A DNA stretch of 64,000 nucleotides from an uncultured Acidobacteriota bacterium (GTDB taxonomy: Bacteria; Acidobacteriota; Terriglobia; UBA7540): the NCBI GenBank assembly GCA_963804995.1, contig CAWDSK010000003.1, positions 832,001 to 896,000 on the forward strand, written 5' to 3'. Shown piece after piece: positions 20,950 to 31,499 of the stretch (position 1 is its first letter; every line of letters starts with the position of its first letter). A program made the translations under genes and the position numbers. The notes beneath the pieces are model-generated. The model saw only the letters and a program-made list of their open reading frames with translations. It was not told where the DNA came from and did no database searches.

Positions 20950-21413
20950 AGAGAATCAATCTCCCCGGAGGCGCGGGAAGAATTGGCATGTTAGAGGTGA
21001 ACACTTCCGCCCTCGGTTTTTTCATCTTGTGTCCCACGGGGCCTAAATTTGGTGGGAACTAGCCCGCTATACCCCGCTAATGCGCACTACTGGGACGATG
21101 GAGCCTGCCGCCGGTGGCTGGGTCATCAGACATATTGGCTGAAACCAGCGAGCTTGGGGCACCCACGGCAAGCTGCGGCGCAGGTCCATTTTGGCCGCAT
21201 GACTGAACAAATCTTCCAGCGGAATGGACAAGTGGTGCGTTTTACCCCGCTTTATGTTTGCTGAGTGAACAATACTCGGATACAGTCGGGCGACTTCCTT
21301 CTGGGCGCTTCCACCGGTTGCCGAGCGCCCAGAGGGCACCAGCAGCTATGGCGAGATGTCACCCCCGCGACCTCTCCGCCACGGCGCCAGGAATTCTGTC
21401 GGAGGGCACTGAA

Positions 21414-21707
21414 ATGAAGAAGGCGAAGCGCATTTCTCGACGAGCTTTTCTCGCGGCCGCATCGGCGGTCAGCGGCATGGCAGCCACCTCACACCCGACC
21501 CTGGCATCGAGTTCGACGGACAAGCCCGCGCTGCTGGGAGGCCCGCCCGTCCGCACGGACCCTTTCCCTTCACCCTCGTGGCCGATTTACGGGGCGGAAG
21601 AGGAACAGGCTCTGGTGGACGCAGTGCGCAGCGGGAGTTGGTTCCGCGGGTATAGCGAACCATCGACCGTGAAGCGGTTTGAGGCCGCCGAGTTAGCCAA
21701 AGCCTGA
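21414..21707 (+). pseudogene. Truncated (97 aa) Tat-exported DegT-family aminotransferase
   Basis: ISRRAFL; PALLGGPPVR...WPIYGAEEEQALVDAVRSGSW...VKRFE, then stop before any PLP motif. Confidence 0.8.
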
Positions 21708-21737
21708 TCGCAGGATTATGATAGGGGTGAACATCAA

Positions 21738-23069
21738 ATGGAAAAGTACAAACAATCCGCCGAACTCTTCACGAAAAACCGCAACTTCATTCCGGGAGGC
21801 GTGGTTTCTGTCAATCGCGCCACGCAACCGGAGATCGCGTTCAACAAAGGGCAAGGTGCTTACCTCTGGGATGTCGATGGCAATCGGTACATTGATTACC
21901 ACGCGGCGTTTGCCCCCCATTTCCTGGGGCACAATGATCCTGAGGTTACTGAGGCTGTCATCCGGGTATTGCGCGAGGGGGCAAGCCTTTATGGATCCGG
22001 AACCACGGTCCTGGAGGGCCGGCTGGCCAGGCTGCTTTGCACGCATATTCCCTGGGTTCAAACCGTCCAATTCTTGAACACGGGAAGTGAAGCCACCTAC
22101 CAGGCCATCCGCGTAGCGCGTGCTGCGACGGGAAGGGACAACGTCATCGTCATGCAGGGGGGATACAACGGCTGGCACAACGATGTGGCGTGCAACCTGA
22201 TGACGCCCTTAGAGCGGCTGGGACCGCGCCTTTCGCCCGGTGAATATCCCTTCGTGCCCATCAGCTCCGGAATACCAATCGCCCACCAGAAGCTGATCCA
22301 TCCCATCAACTTCAACGATCTCGCCTCCGTCGAATATGTTTGCGAGAAATATCCCATTGCCGCACTTATAACTGAGCCCATCCTGCAAAACCTGGGAATC
22401 ATTAAGCCCGCTCCGGATTATTTGCAGGGACTGCGACGGTTAGCCGATCATTACGGGTTTGTGTTGATCTTCGACGAAGTCAAAACCGGCTTCCGGCACG
22501 GTGTCCGTGGTTATGCAGGGATCGCGGGCGTCGCCCCCGACCTGGTGGTTTACGGCAAGGCCGTGGCCAACGGTTATCCCATGGCGGTAGTGGGTGGGAA
22601 GAAGGAATTGATGGATTTCTTCGTCCATCCTGACCCTCAAAAACGCGCCCTTCTGGCCGGCACCTACAACGCTCACCCCGTCCCCACCATCGCGGCCATT
22701 GCTACGATCGAGCGCCTGCTGCGGGACGATGGCGCGGTCTATCGGCATGTCGAACTGCTGGGCGGCGAAATGCAACAAGGCCTGGAAGCCATCTTCGCCA
22801 AGCTGGGTTTGACTGCCGTGGTGGCACGCCAGGGCTCCGCTTTCTGTATCTATTTTATGGATCATTGTCCACAGGATTGGCATGACCTGGCCTCCCACCA
22901 TGATTTCACACGCGATGAACGGATGCGGCTGGGGCTGATTGAGCGGGGTGTCTATTTCTTCCCCCTGGCCGTAAAGCAATGCTCCATCTCCTTTGCTCAC
23001 ACTCGGGAGGACGTGCAGTTCACCCTGGAGCAAGTCCAGAAAACCTTGAACTCGACCCTGGAGAAGTAA
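21738..23069 (+). CDS. Class-III PLP aminotransferase, GSA aminomutase-like
   Basis: IPGGV, GQGAYLWDVDGNRYIDY, NTGSEA, LIFDEVKTGFR, YGKAVANG, AGTYNAHP; YNGWHN replaces YHGH, so probably not HemL itself. Confidence 0.85.
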   Translation: MEKYKQSAELFTKNRNFIPGGVVSVNRATQPEIAFNKGQGAYLWDVDGNRYIDYHAAFAPHFLGHNDPEVTEAVIRVLREGASLYGSGTTVLEGRLARLLCTHIPWVQTVQFLNTGSEATYQAIRVARAATGRDNVIVMQGGYNGWHNDVACNLMTPLERLGPRLSPGEYPFVPISSGIPIAHQKLIHPINFNDLASVEYVCEKYPIAALITEPILQNLGIIKPAPDYLQGLRRLADHYGFVLIFDEVKTGFRHGVRGYAGIAGVAPDLVVYGKAVANGYPMAVVGGKKELMDFFVHPDPQKRALLAGTYNAHPVPTIAAIATIERLLRDDGAVYRHVELLGGEMQQGLEAIFAKLGLTAVVARQGSAFCIYFMDHCPQDWHDLASHHDFTRDERMRLGLIERGVYFFPLAVKQCSISFAHTREDVQFTLEQVQKTLNSTLEK

Positions 23070-23074
23070 ACCCC

Positions 23075-25201
23075 ATGCGTTCCATGAGGCGTGACTTGGG
23101 GAAGTCCTTTTGGCGCGTGCGGCCGCAGCTTGACCCGCCGCGGATGCTCGCGCTCGCACTGTTTGTGGCGCTGGCTGGGTGGGGCGCCGCACCCCTCCGG
23201 GCCGCTGAGGCCTTCCAGCCGCGTGCCGTGCCCCTGGTGACCACCGACCCTTACTTCAGCATCTGGTCGTTTGCGGACCACCTCACGGACGACGTTACCC
23301 GCCACTGGACCGGCACGCCGCAATCCCTTGAAAGCATGGTCAGGATCGATGGCGCCTCCTACCGGATTATGGGCAGGACCCCGCTTGAAGAGGCTCTGCC
23401 ACAAGTGGGGCTGACCGTCTTTCCCACCCGCACGATTTATGAATTCGAAGGAGCGGGAGTCCACGTTACGCTGACCTTCCTCACCCCGCTCCTGCCCCGC
23501 GACCTGGAGGTCTTCTCCCGCCCCGTCACTTATCTGATTTGGGAAGTCCGTGCCGTGGACGGCCGCGAGCACCAGGTTTCCGTTTACTACGCCAACTCCG
23601 CTCAGCTCGTTGTCAACACGGAAGACCAGCCGGTAGTGTGGTCGCGTGAAACCATCGGTGATCTCAGGGTTCTGCGCATGGGATCGAAGGCGCAACCGGT
23701 TCTGGCCAAATCCGGTGATAATCTCCGCATCGACTGGGGCTACCTGTATGCGGCCGCGCCGATCAGCGAGAAGGCTTCGGGCGCCCTCGCGAGTGCTGAT
23801 TCCCAACACCGGGAGTTTGTGGAAAAGGGCAGCCTGCCTAGGGCGGACGTACCTGCCATGCCCCGCCCCGCCCAGGGCGCACCCCTGATGGCTTGGGCGT
23901 TCGATATGGGCCAGGTGGGCGCGGAGCCCGTGGCCCGGCATCTTATCCTGGCTTACGATGATGTCAGTTCCATCGAATACTTTCACCAGCCGCTGCGCGC
24001 GTATTGGCGCCGCAACGGTGCGCAGGCTGCCGATCTCCTCACGACGGCCGAGCGGGATTACAACTCGCTGCGGACCGAAAGCGAGCAGTTCGATCGACAT
24101 CTCATGGAGGACCTTACGCGGGTGGGCGGGGAGAAATACGCGCGTCTCGCGGCGCTAGCTTACCGGCAAGGCCTGGCCGCGCACAAGCTGGTGGCGGCCC
24201 CCGACGGCCAGACCCCTTACTACTTTCCCAAAGAGAATTTCAGTTGCGGTTGTATCGCTACCGTGGACGTCATCTATCCGGCAGCGCCCGTGCTGTTACT
24301 TTTGAATCCGCGCCTCCTGGAGGCATCGCTCGCGCCGGTAATGGACTACGTCAAGTCAGGAAAGTGGCCTCTTCCCTACGCGCCGCACGACCTCGGCATC
24401 TATCCACTCGCCAATGGAGTTGACCCCGCCAAAATCGAAACGATGCCCGTGGAGGAATCCGGCAACATGCTCATCCTCTTCGCCGCCATCGCCAAGGCCG
24501 AGGGAAACACCGCATTCGCTGAAAAGTACGCGTCCATTCTCGAGACATGGGCCGATTACCTTGTCGAGAAAGGGCTTGATCCCGAAAACCAACTTTGCAC
24601 CGATGACTTCGCGGGACACCTGGCGCACAACACGAATCTCTCCATTAAAGCCATCCTCGGCCTGGGCTCCTACGCCGCGATCCTCGAGATGCAGGGGAAA
24701 AGAGAGTCAGCCGGCCGGTACCGTGCCAAAGCGCAGGAATTCGCCAAGCGCTGGGTGGAGATGGCAGGCGACGGCGACCATTACCGCCTGGCCTTTGATA
24801 AGCCCGGCACTTGGAGCCAGAAGTACAATCTGGTGTGGGACAAGATTCTGGGGTTGAATCTCTTTCCTCCGGAAGTCGCTCGCAAGGAAATCGCCTTTTA
24901 CGAAACGCGCCTCAACCGCGACGGCTTGCCCCTCGATAGCCGCAAAAGTTATACGAAACTCGATTGGGAGCTTTGGACCGCCACCCTGGCGGAATCACCC
25001 GCGGATTGGGAAAAACTTGTCGCCCCGGTCTACGATTGGGTCAGCCGATCACCCACCCGGGTTCCCCTCACCGACTGGTATTGGACCCGCGATGGCGCGC
25101 AGGTGGGATTCCAAGCGCGTTCCGTAGTGGGAGGAATCTTCATCAAGATGCTGTCGGATCCCGCTACCTGGAAGTCCTGGTCCGACCGGACGAGCCACTG
25201 A
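23075..25201 (+). CDS. Glutaminase A-like secreted protein (DUF4964/DUF5127/DUF4965/DUF1793)
   Basis: PRAVPLVTTDPYFSIWS, KENFSCGCIATVDV, APHDLGIYP, MPVEESGNM, NQLCTDDFAG, SQKYNLVWD, FQARSVVGG. Confidence 0.88.
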   Translation: MRSMRRDLGKSFWRVRPQLDPPRMLALALFVALAGWGAAPLRAAEAFQPRAVPLVTTDPYFSIWSFADHLTDDVTRHWTGTPQSLESMVRIDGASYRIMGRTPLEEALPQVGLTVFPTRTIYEFEGAGVHVTLTFLTPLLPRDLEVFSRPVTYLIWEVRAVDGREHQVSVYYANSAQLVVNTEDQPVVWSRETIGDLRVLRMGSKAQPVLAKSGDNLRIDWGYLYAAAPISEKASGALASADSQHREFVEKGSLPRADVPAMPRPAQGAPLMAWAFDMGQVGAEPVARHLILAYDDVSSIEYFHQPLRAYWRRNGAQAADLLTTAERDYNSLRTESEQFDRHLMEDLTRVGGEKYARLAALAYRQGLAAHKLVAAPDGQTPYYFPKENFSCGCIATVDVIYPAAPVLLLLNPRLLEASLAPVMDYVKSGKWPLPYAPHDLGIYPLANGVDPAKIETMPVEESGNMLILFAAIAKAEGNTAFAEKYASILETWADYLVEKGLDPENQLCTDDFAGHLAHNTNLSIKAILGLGSYAAILEMQGKRESAGRYRAKAQEFAKRWVEMAGDGDHYRLAFDKPGTWSQKYNLVWDKILGLNLFPPEVARKEIAFYETRLNRDGLPLDSRKSYTKLDWELWTATLAESPADWEKLVAPVYDWVSRSPTRVPLTDWYWTRDGAQVGFQARSVVGGIFIKMLSDPATWKSWSDRTSH

Positions 25202-25492
25202 GCTGATACTCCATCGGTATTGGGAGAAAAAGATCAATGAGGCAGCACGGAGCGGGACATCGATTCGGCAGTTTTGTAGGTAGCGCCGGTTGAAAGAGAG
25301 CCAATTCTACTGGTGGCAGCACGCTGGCTTTAGAACAAAAGTACCCCCCGTAGAGCGCCCTTACCAACTCCACGCAGTGAACCCAGCTCCCAGCAGAGCC
25401 ATCAATAACGCACCAACCCCTTGTTTCCCGCGAGGGACAGTTCAACCTCCGCGCCACCCGCGAGACTCCTTACCCGATCGACCAGCAGGGCC

Positions 25493-25987
25493 CTACTTCG
25501 GCAACTCGTATTCGCCCTCGCCTTCCCAAGTTGACGTACCGTCAGCGGCACCTTTGCCTTTGCTGGTCGCCTTGCCCTTAAGCCCTTTGAGTTTCCCGCT
25601 GCCGCCCACGAAGGTCGCTGTGCATTCCCCGTTTTCCGTCGCGCCCTCCTTCAGGACGAAAGAGCATTGGAGACGGCCGTAGAACTTGTCTCCGTTAGTC
25701 ATCGTGCCGATTCCATATCCTTGGACACGCGCGCGATTGCCGCTGACTTCGCTGAATTCCGTATAGACGTCCTCCTTGCTTTGCACTCCCGCGATTTCGA
25801 GGGGTTTGGTCCAAGTACACTTAGTCTGGCTGATCACAAATGAATGGTTGGGGCGATCACCCACATCGATAGCGTGCTGTTGGTCGGGTTTGCCACACTG
25901 CAACGTACCCGAAATCTTGGTCTGCGCCCTGGCGACTGCGGCCAGCGCGAAAACGATGAGAAACGCAAACATGATCTTTGCCTTCAT
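25493..25987 (-). CDS. Secreted beta-rich hypothetical protein
   Basis: AAGGAGG RBS; signal peptide; FVGGSGKLKGLKGK...EGEYELP. Confidence 0.8.
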   Translation of the reverse strand: MKAKIMFAFLIVFALAAVARAQTKISGTLQCGKPDQQHAIDVGDRPNHSFVISQTKCTWTKPLEIAGVQSKEDVYTEFSEVSGNRARVQGYGIGTMTNGDKFYGRLQCSFVLKEGATENGECTATFVGGSGKLKGLKGKATSKGKGAADGTSTWEGEGEYELPK

Positions 25988-26000
25988 ATAACCTCCTTGG

Positions 26001-26474
26001 CTATTTCGTCAATTCGAACTCATCGATGCAGGGTTGGTCGGGTGCTGAGCGGAACTTCAGACGACCGGAAAGCTGTGGGAAGGTTTTCTTCAATTCGGCA
26101 AGCTCTACCGCCACCGACTGGCTGCATGCAGCCTCGATGGTCTGGTCGTCCAACCCTGCGTTCTTGAATCCTTCGTAGAAAGGGCACTGGAAGCATTTCA
26201 CTTTTATTGACGTGGGCGTCTCTTCAAGCTCATAAGTATACCCACATATCTGGTAGAGCCCGGAGCCGACCGAAGCGAGTGTCTTCATGTCGAACTCTTT
26301 GTCGCCCAACCGTTCCTTGACCGCCCTGGCCACCATGGCGCCGACGACTTCACCATGCTTGGCGTACAGCGAAAGGGCCTTTTCCAGGCCGATCTCATTG
26401 GCAACGTCTTTAAAGAATCCACCCAGTAAGGTGGACATGGCCTTAGCCGCATTGAACGCATCTTCTGTCGCCAT
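26001..26474 (-). CDS. ATC-hydrolase/V4R-like small Cys-containing protein
   Basis: GGAGGAG RBS; EIGLEKAL, CFQCPFYEGF, later C...C pattern. Confidence 0.65.
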   Translation of the reverse strand: MATEDAFNAAKAMSTLLGGFFKDVANEIGLEKALSLYAKHGEVVGAMVARAVKERLGDKEFDMKTLASVGSGLYQICGYTYELEETPTSIKVKCFQCPFYEGFKNAGLDDQTIEAACSQSVAVELAELKKTFPQLSGRLKFRSAPDQPCIDEFELTK

Positions 26475-26910
26475 AGCTCCTCCTCCTTCTTTCGTCATTT
26501 CCGTTGCTTCCGACCGCCGCTGCGAATCCCGGGACTTCGGACCCGCGCAGAGGACGGGCCACTACGTCATTCGTCATCTATGTTGCCGCTGCGCAGATGT
26601 GGCGGGCCCTACTGACCGCAAGCACCAGGAGACACGGCTGAGGGCGGCGCCGCTGGGATTGCCACCTCAGCCGCGCTGTCGCCAACCAGCTCTGCGAGAA
26701 GGCGGTCATAAGAACGTTCGTTGCCCGCCACATGGCTACTTTCTGCGGCGGCACCTCCATGGTGTCAGTGAGATACGCCGATGCTACGCGCCGTCCAGCG
26801 CTAAGTCAAGCGAGCCTATCGGGGCAGATGGGCTCACCGGACGGTTACGCGCAATTAATGGACGCTACCACCGAGGCAGGACCGCTGGAGCTTCACAGCC
26901 TATTTGCCCC

Positions 26911-28424
26911 CTAATCCAAAACATTATTCTTGCCTTTGGACTCATTCACAATCACCCGGTTGAAATTCCCCTGGATGGTATTCCGCTCACAGGTAGTGTA
27001 ATCGGTCTTCGGCCCCAGGTAGATTGCCACCCGCTCGCCGGCGCGTCCCTTGGCGCGAGTTTCCCGGAGGGTGTTGGATTCCAGCGTGGTGTGTTGTGTG
27101 GTGCCCAGGATTTGGACCCCGAAGCCTGCCTTGCCGGGCGCCCCGTTGTCTTCGAAAACGTTTTCACGAAAGGTATTCCGGCTCCCGGGGTTATTCTCGC
27201 TTTCGTTGCGGATATAGACGCCCGACCTGCCATTCAGGCGCACCACGTTCTTGGTAAAGTTGTTGTCAGTGTCCCGGAATCCGATCGAGATGCCATCCTG
27301 GCCGTTCGACCAGGATTGGTTTTCCTGAAAGACCCCGTGCTGCACGTGCCAGCAGAGATATAAACCATCCATGGCATTGTCGTGAATCTTATTGCGCAGT
27401 ACGGTCGGCCGCAAGGCTACGGTCCCCAGATGGATGCCCAGGCCGGCGTTGCCGTAGGTCTCGCAATCCTGGATCACGGGATCTTCCACAAATTGCGTGC
27501 TGATTCCATCCGATCCGAAGTTGCGCGTCACGATATTCTGAATCGTGAATTTCTTGGAACGGAAAATGTACACGGCGGCGTTGCCACAACCGTTGTTCCA
27601 TCCCGTCTCCTGGTGGTTACCCTCCAAGGTGAGGTCGCTAACACTGAAGCCTTCCACCCCGGTCCCCCAAATCAGCGGGAAGGCAGTCGCAACCTCAGGG
27701 GATTTTTGCACCATGTAGTCCACATCGAGAATCTGATCGAAGAAGAGAGTGGAGCCTTCAATATGGTCGATGGTTTTCACGACGGCGCACCAGCCTCCGC
27801 GGTCGGCCTTGTCAATCAGCGTGACCCCCATGCCGGGTTGAAAGCCCGCCGCGTTTTCCACCGTGGCCTGCGACTGGGTGCTCTCCGCGTCGATGGTGAT
27901 CCGGGTCCTCAGGGCCGGCCCTTTCTTCAGAATGGTTTTATCCTTCCCTTCCCCTTTGAGCGCCACGTGGCTCGCCAGGCGTATCGCATTGGAGAGCGTG
28001 TAAGTCCCGGCCTTGATCAGAACGGTTCCCCCGCCCGCAGCGGCCACGCGGTCCACCGCTTGCTGGATGGCGCGGTTGTCGTCGCCCACCACATCCGCAT
28101 TCTCGTGGCCGACCGTGACGGTCAAGGGCTTCTTCTGCCCACTGCCACCCGGTGAACAGCCCATCCCGCCCAGCAGCAATACCAAAACGGCAAAGCCCAG
28201 CGCGGCGGTGCCGCAACCAAAATCGTGCCATGGCCGTCCCGGCCATGCTCTGAGGCACGGGCGGGACGCCCGTGGCACAAAATCATCGCGGTGCGAAAAG
28301 AAGTTCGGGAATAGTATTCTAGGGAACAGCGGAACGGAGTCCACCTCGGCCGATTCTTAGCCGGCGTCCGATCCACTTTCGAACCATAACCATGATCGTG
28401 CCTTCCAGGAAATGCGGTTCGCAT
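26911..28424 (-). CDS. Right-handed beta-helix lipoprotein; 5' end interrupted by a 122-bp element
   Basis: Lipobox GMGC; DDNRAIQQAVD...GGGTVLIKAGTY; N-G-DG rungs; RBS-bearing ATG 28424 is in frame only after removing 28197-28318; alternative GTG at 28344. Confidence 0.8.
28197..28322. mobile_element. Non-autonomous 122-bp element carrying a REP-like doublet
   Basis: Flanked on minus strand by CTAG/CTGG; end GCGGCGGTGCCGCAACC recurs at 39516, 62740 and partly 61557; internal GTGCCATGGCCG...CACGGGCGGGACGCCCGTGGCAC. Confidence 0.65.
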
Positions 28425-28495
28425 GTAAAACCTCCCGGTAGTTCAATCTGCTACCGCTTATCGCATAATTACTAATGTTAACGTGCCGTCCCCGT

Positions 28496-29965
28496 TCACT
28501 TGCCTGCGTGGGCCTTCTGAAGCTGTTCAACCTTGGTGTAATAATCCTTGTCGAATTGCGCCAAGGCGGCTTTCGATACGCCCTGACTCCATTGCTGGCC
28601 TTCCCGCCAGATGAAGACATTATTTTTGAGCGCCGCGTCAATCGCCCCGGCAGTGGGCACCACATCGAAATACTTGCCGGACTTCGGGGTGCTCGAATCA
28701 TAACCTTGTTGCCGGTTCGATCCGTAGTAGCACCAAACGCCCACGGCGTTGCTGATGTTAAAACCACTCACGGTCCAGCGCAGGAAATCGTTCAGCTTCA
28801 GCCCCCACACTCCCGCTTCACCCCGCAAGATGTAGTCCGCGTAGGTGTCGAGGAAGGGACAATAGATGCGTCCATCCTCCAGCGGATCGCTGCTGCAATG
28901 CACATAGAGAATCCGGTCGTCCCCCAGGATTTCCCGGGTTCGCCGCATCACCTCGTAGGACTTGCGGAAGTCCATGGAGATGCCGTCGAAATACAGGCCA
29001 TCCACTTTGTACTCGTCCAGGATCCGCTTCATCTCGGCAAAGATATCCGGGGCCGCGGAGTAATACGGGCTCACATAAACCACCAGCTTCATACCCTGCT
29101 TGTGAACCTCCTCGCGCACACGAATGAATTCCTGCAGGTTGAGCGGCACGTGTTTGGGCGCAAGCCAGGGCTGGGGATGGCCGCGATAGGATTCGGTATG
29201 CTTGATCGGGATGAGTCTCTCTTTGACATCCTCGGGAGCATCCTTCCAGATATAAGCATGCAAGGTATAAACCTTGCAGTGCTGGGCCGCCACTTCAATC
29301 AGATCGTTGCCGGGGTACGCTCCCGCGCCCTCCAGTTCATTCGAGGTATAATCCGCGGGCAGACCGTCGTGCTCAATCGCTTGAAAGGCCCGGCGCCAGT
29401 TATACGGCCGCGGTGGAAAAACCGAAAGCCACGCCTCATCACCCCCGGCAAAATCATAGGCGATGTCCCACGCAGGCTTGGTGAAAACCGGGGCCGACGG
29501 CTGCTTCTTCGCCACGGGGTAGATTCCAAACCCTCCCTCGGCATCCATGAGAATCCATTTGCCCTGTTTTTCGAAGTGATAGGCGGGGTTGAAAAAACCC
29601 TTGAAGCTGGTCTTAGTGTTCTGGTTAGTCTTCAGAATGACCACGCTATCGCCCTGGAAAGTCAGGGTGCCCGCCCGGCAGGAGACCGTGCAGGAAAAGC
29701 CGTCCTGCTTCTGGATGTGGAAAGGTCCCACGGCCGGGGTGAAGCTGATTTCCAGCACGCGTCGCTCGCGAGGAATGCGCTGCCGGCACTGGATGGCGCC
29801 CTGGCTATCGAGCTCGAACTTCGCGCCCGTGGTTACAACTTCAATCTTGCCGCTTTTTTCGGTTGCCGATTCGATCCGCATTCCCAGTGCGGCTCCCGGG
29901 GTTTGCTGAGCGTTAAGGTTTAAGACGCATAGGAGGAAAAATAAAACCGAGCATATCATCCTCAT
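28496..29965 (-). CDS. Secreted putative glycoside hydrolase (TIM-barrel-like, family unassigned)
   Basis: Signal peptide; VHKQGMKLVVYVSPYY, YKVDGLYFDG, LYVHCS, ILRGE. Confidence 0.65.
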   Translation of the reverse strand: MRMICSVLFFLLCVLNLNAQQTPGAALGMRIESATEKSGKIEVVTTGAKFELDSQGAIQCRQRIPRERRVLEISFTPAVGPFHIQKQDGFSCTVSCRAGTLTFQGDSVVILKTNQNTKTSFKGFFNPAYHFEKQGKWILMDAEGGFGIYPVAKKQPSAPVFTKPAWDIAYDFAGGDEAWLSVFPPRPYNWRRAFQAIEHDGLPADYTSNELEGAGAYPGNDLIEVAAQHCKVYTLHAYIWKDAPEDVKERLIPIKHTESYRGHPQPWLAPKHVPLNLQEFIRVREEVHKQGMKLVVYVSPYYSAAPDIFAEMKRILDEYKVDGLYFDGISMDFRKSYEVMRRTREILGDDRILYVHCSSDPLEDGRIYCPFLDTYADYILRGEAGVWGLKLNDFLRWTVSGFNISNAVGVWCYYGSNRQQGYDSSTPKSGKYFDVVPTAGAIDAALKNNVFIWREGQQWSQGVSKAALAQFDKDYYTKVEQLQKAHAGK

Positions 29966-30235
29966 CGCCACACTCCTTTTTCCCGCTGTCTCGTTGGCAG
30001 CGCCAGCCACGGTCTCGCGAGCCTTGACCGCCGGCTCTTCTCATGCAGGGCTGGGGGCCGGAGCATCTCCGCTTCGGCCTTCCGGCGCCCGGCATTGTCC
30101 CTCATTTCCATTCTGAATACCATTCAAGACACTTCGGATCGTTTTCACATCCTGCCCACGCTAAGGGCCACCACGATTCCGAACCAGGGCACAGGGCTCC
30201 CTAAAAACCAACCGGCCATCATCGAGAACGGCCTT

Positions 30236-30328
30236 GGTAGTGTCGTCCTAGTTTGAACGTAGCGCCGGCTTCCAGCCGGCATCGAGCCCCGATGCATCGG
30301 GGCGCTACGTTCAAACTAGGACACTACC
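30236..30328. repeat. About 90-bp palindromic MITE/REP-type element
   Basis: GTCCTAGTTTGAACGTAGCGCC...GGCGCTACGTTCAAACTAGGAC; near-identical copy at 53248-53336. Confidence 0.8.
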
Positions 30329-30424
30329 CCGGTCTTACTAGCGTGCGCGTCAGCAAAGAATTTGTGCTAGTATGGGGCCCTAAGCACAAAGGGCTGAACG
30401 ACTCCGATACGAACGGGTAATCTT

Positions 30425-31237
30425 ATGTCGGATACGAAGGTCACTTCCGTTCCGGCCATAGAGCGTGCGCTCACGGTGCTGGAGTTTCTCGCTCAGTCGA
30501 AATCCGGGTTCTCGACTTCCGAAATAAGCCGCAGACTCGGACTTCCCAAGAGCTCCACCTACCTGATCGTAGGAACCCTGGAACGACTGGGTTTTCTACA
30601 AAAGAACAGTCATACCGGCAGATACTGTTTTGGCCTGAAGCTGATTAACCTCAGCCGCAGCGCGCTCGAGAACCTGGACCTGCGGGAAGAGGCTAAGCCC
30701 TTCTTGCAATCGCTCATGCAAGAGACCCAACTTACGGTCCATATGGCCGTACTGGAGCGCACCGAGGCAGTCATTATTGAGAAGATTCCAGCGCCCGGGG
30801 TGATCCCGTTAGCCTCGTGGGTCGGTCGGAGGCTGGACGTCAACAGCACGGGTGTCGGCAAGGCGCTGCTCGCTTTCCTGAGCGAGGAAGAACTCGACGA
30901 AATCGCGAGACTCAAAGGCTTCCCGAGGCGCAATGACAGTACAATTACTTCCCTCGGCGCCTTGAAGCGGGAACTTGCCCAAGTCAGAGCCCGGGGTTAT
31001 TCCCTGGATGATGAGGAAGACGAAATGGGTCTGCGTTGCATTGGGGCCCCCATTTTTGATTCCAACTCTAAGAGCATTGCCGCAATCAGCGTGGCAGGAA
31101 CGTTAAGTCAGCTCCCATACGAGCGTATTCCAGCTTTGGCGGGCCAGGTAAAGCGGACGGCAGCGCAGATCTCTTCGCGGGTGATTAGCAATTGGAAAGA
31201 ATCTGCGGCTCGAGCCGTTGGGGCTGTGAACTCTTAA
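30425..31237 (+). CDS. IclR-family transcriptional regulator
   Basis: AIERALTVLE...LGLPKSSTY HTH; STGVGKALLA, RARGYSLDDEE, GLRCIGAPIF, AAISVAG. Confidence 0.95.
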   Translation: MSDTKVTSVPAIERALTVLEFLAQSKSGFSTSEISRRLGLPKSSTYLIVGTLERLGFLQKNSHTGRYCFGLKLINLSRSALENLDLREEAKPFLQSLMQETQLTVHMAVLERTEAVIIEKIPAPGVIPLASWVGRRLDVNSTGVGKALLAFLSEEELDEIARLKGFPRRNDSTITSLGALKRELAQVRARGYSLDDEEDEMGLRCIGAPIFDSNSKSIAAISVAGTLSQLPYERIPALAGQVKRTAAQISSRVISNWKESAARAVGAVNS

Positions 31238-31499
31238 AACCCTCGTTAGCCCTCATAGATAACAAGTAAGCGCCGCAGGAGCGATCGAAGACTCCCCATG
31301 ACCGAATGGTTTCGGACCTTATGATGACCCGCCAGTAATCATTATTCTACTTGACAAGGGTCATCCACTGACGGAGAATCCCCCCCGAGAGCACGGCATT
31401 GTGGGGAAGTGATCCGACCGACGATTTCCTGTCCTGACTGCACGTGGAAGACCTTCAATTGCAGTTAACCCGTTTAGCTGCCTTGCTCAAGGAAGTAAA

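Noticed and set aside
21738..23069. Calling this gene hemL, and 44839-46071 hemE
   Set aside because: Motif deviations, catabolic context and no tetrapyrrole genes nearby; only family-level calls are supported.
26287..29923. Long plus-strand ORFs 26287-27363, 27382-28155 and 28475-29923
   Set aside because: Antisense to well-supported minus-strand genes; expected in high-GC DNA.
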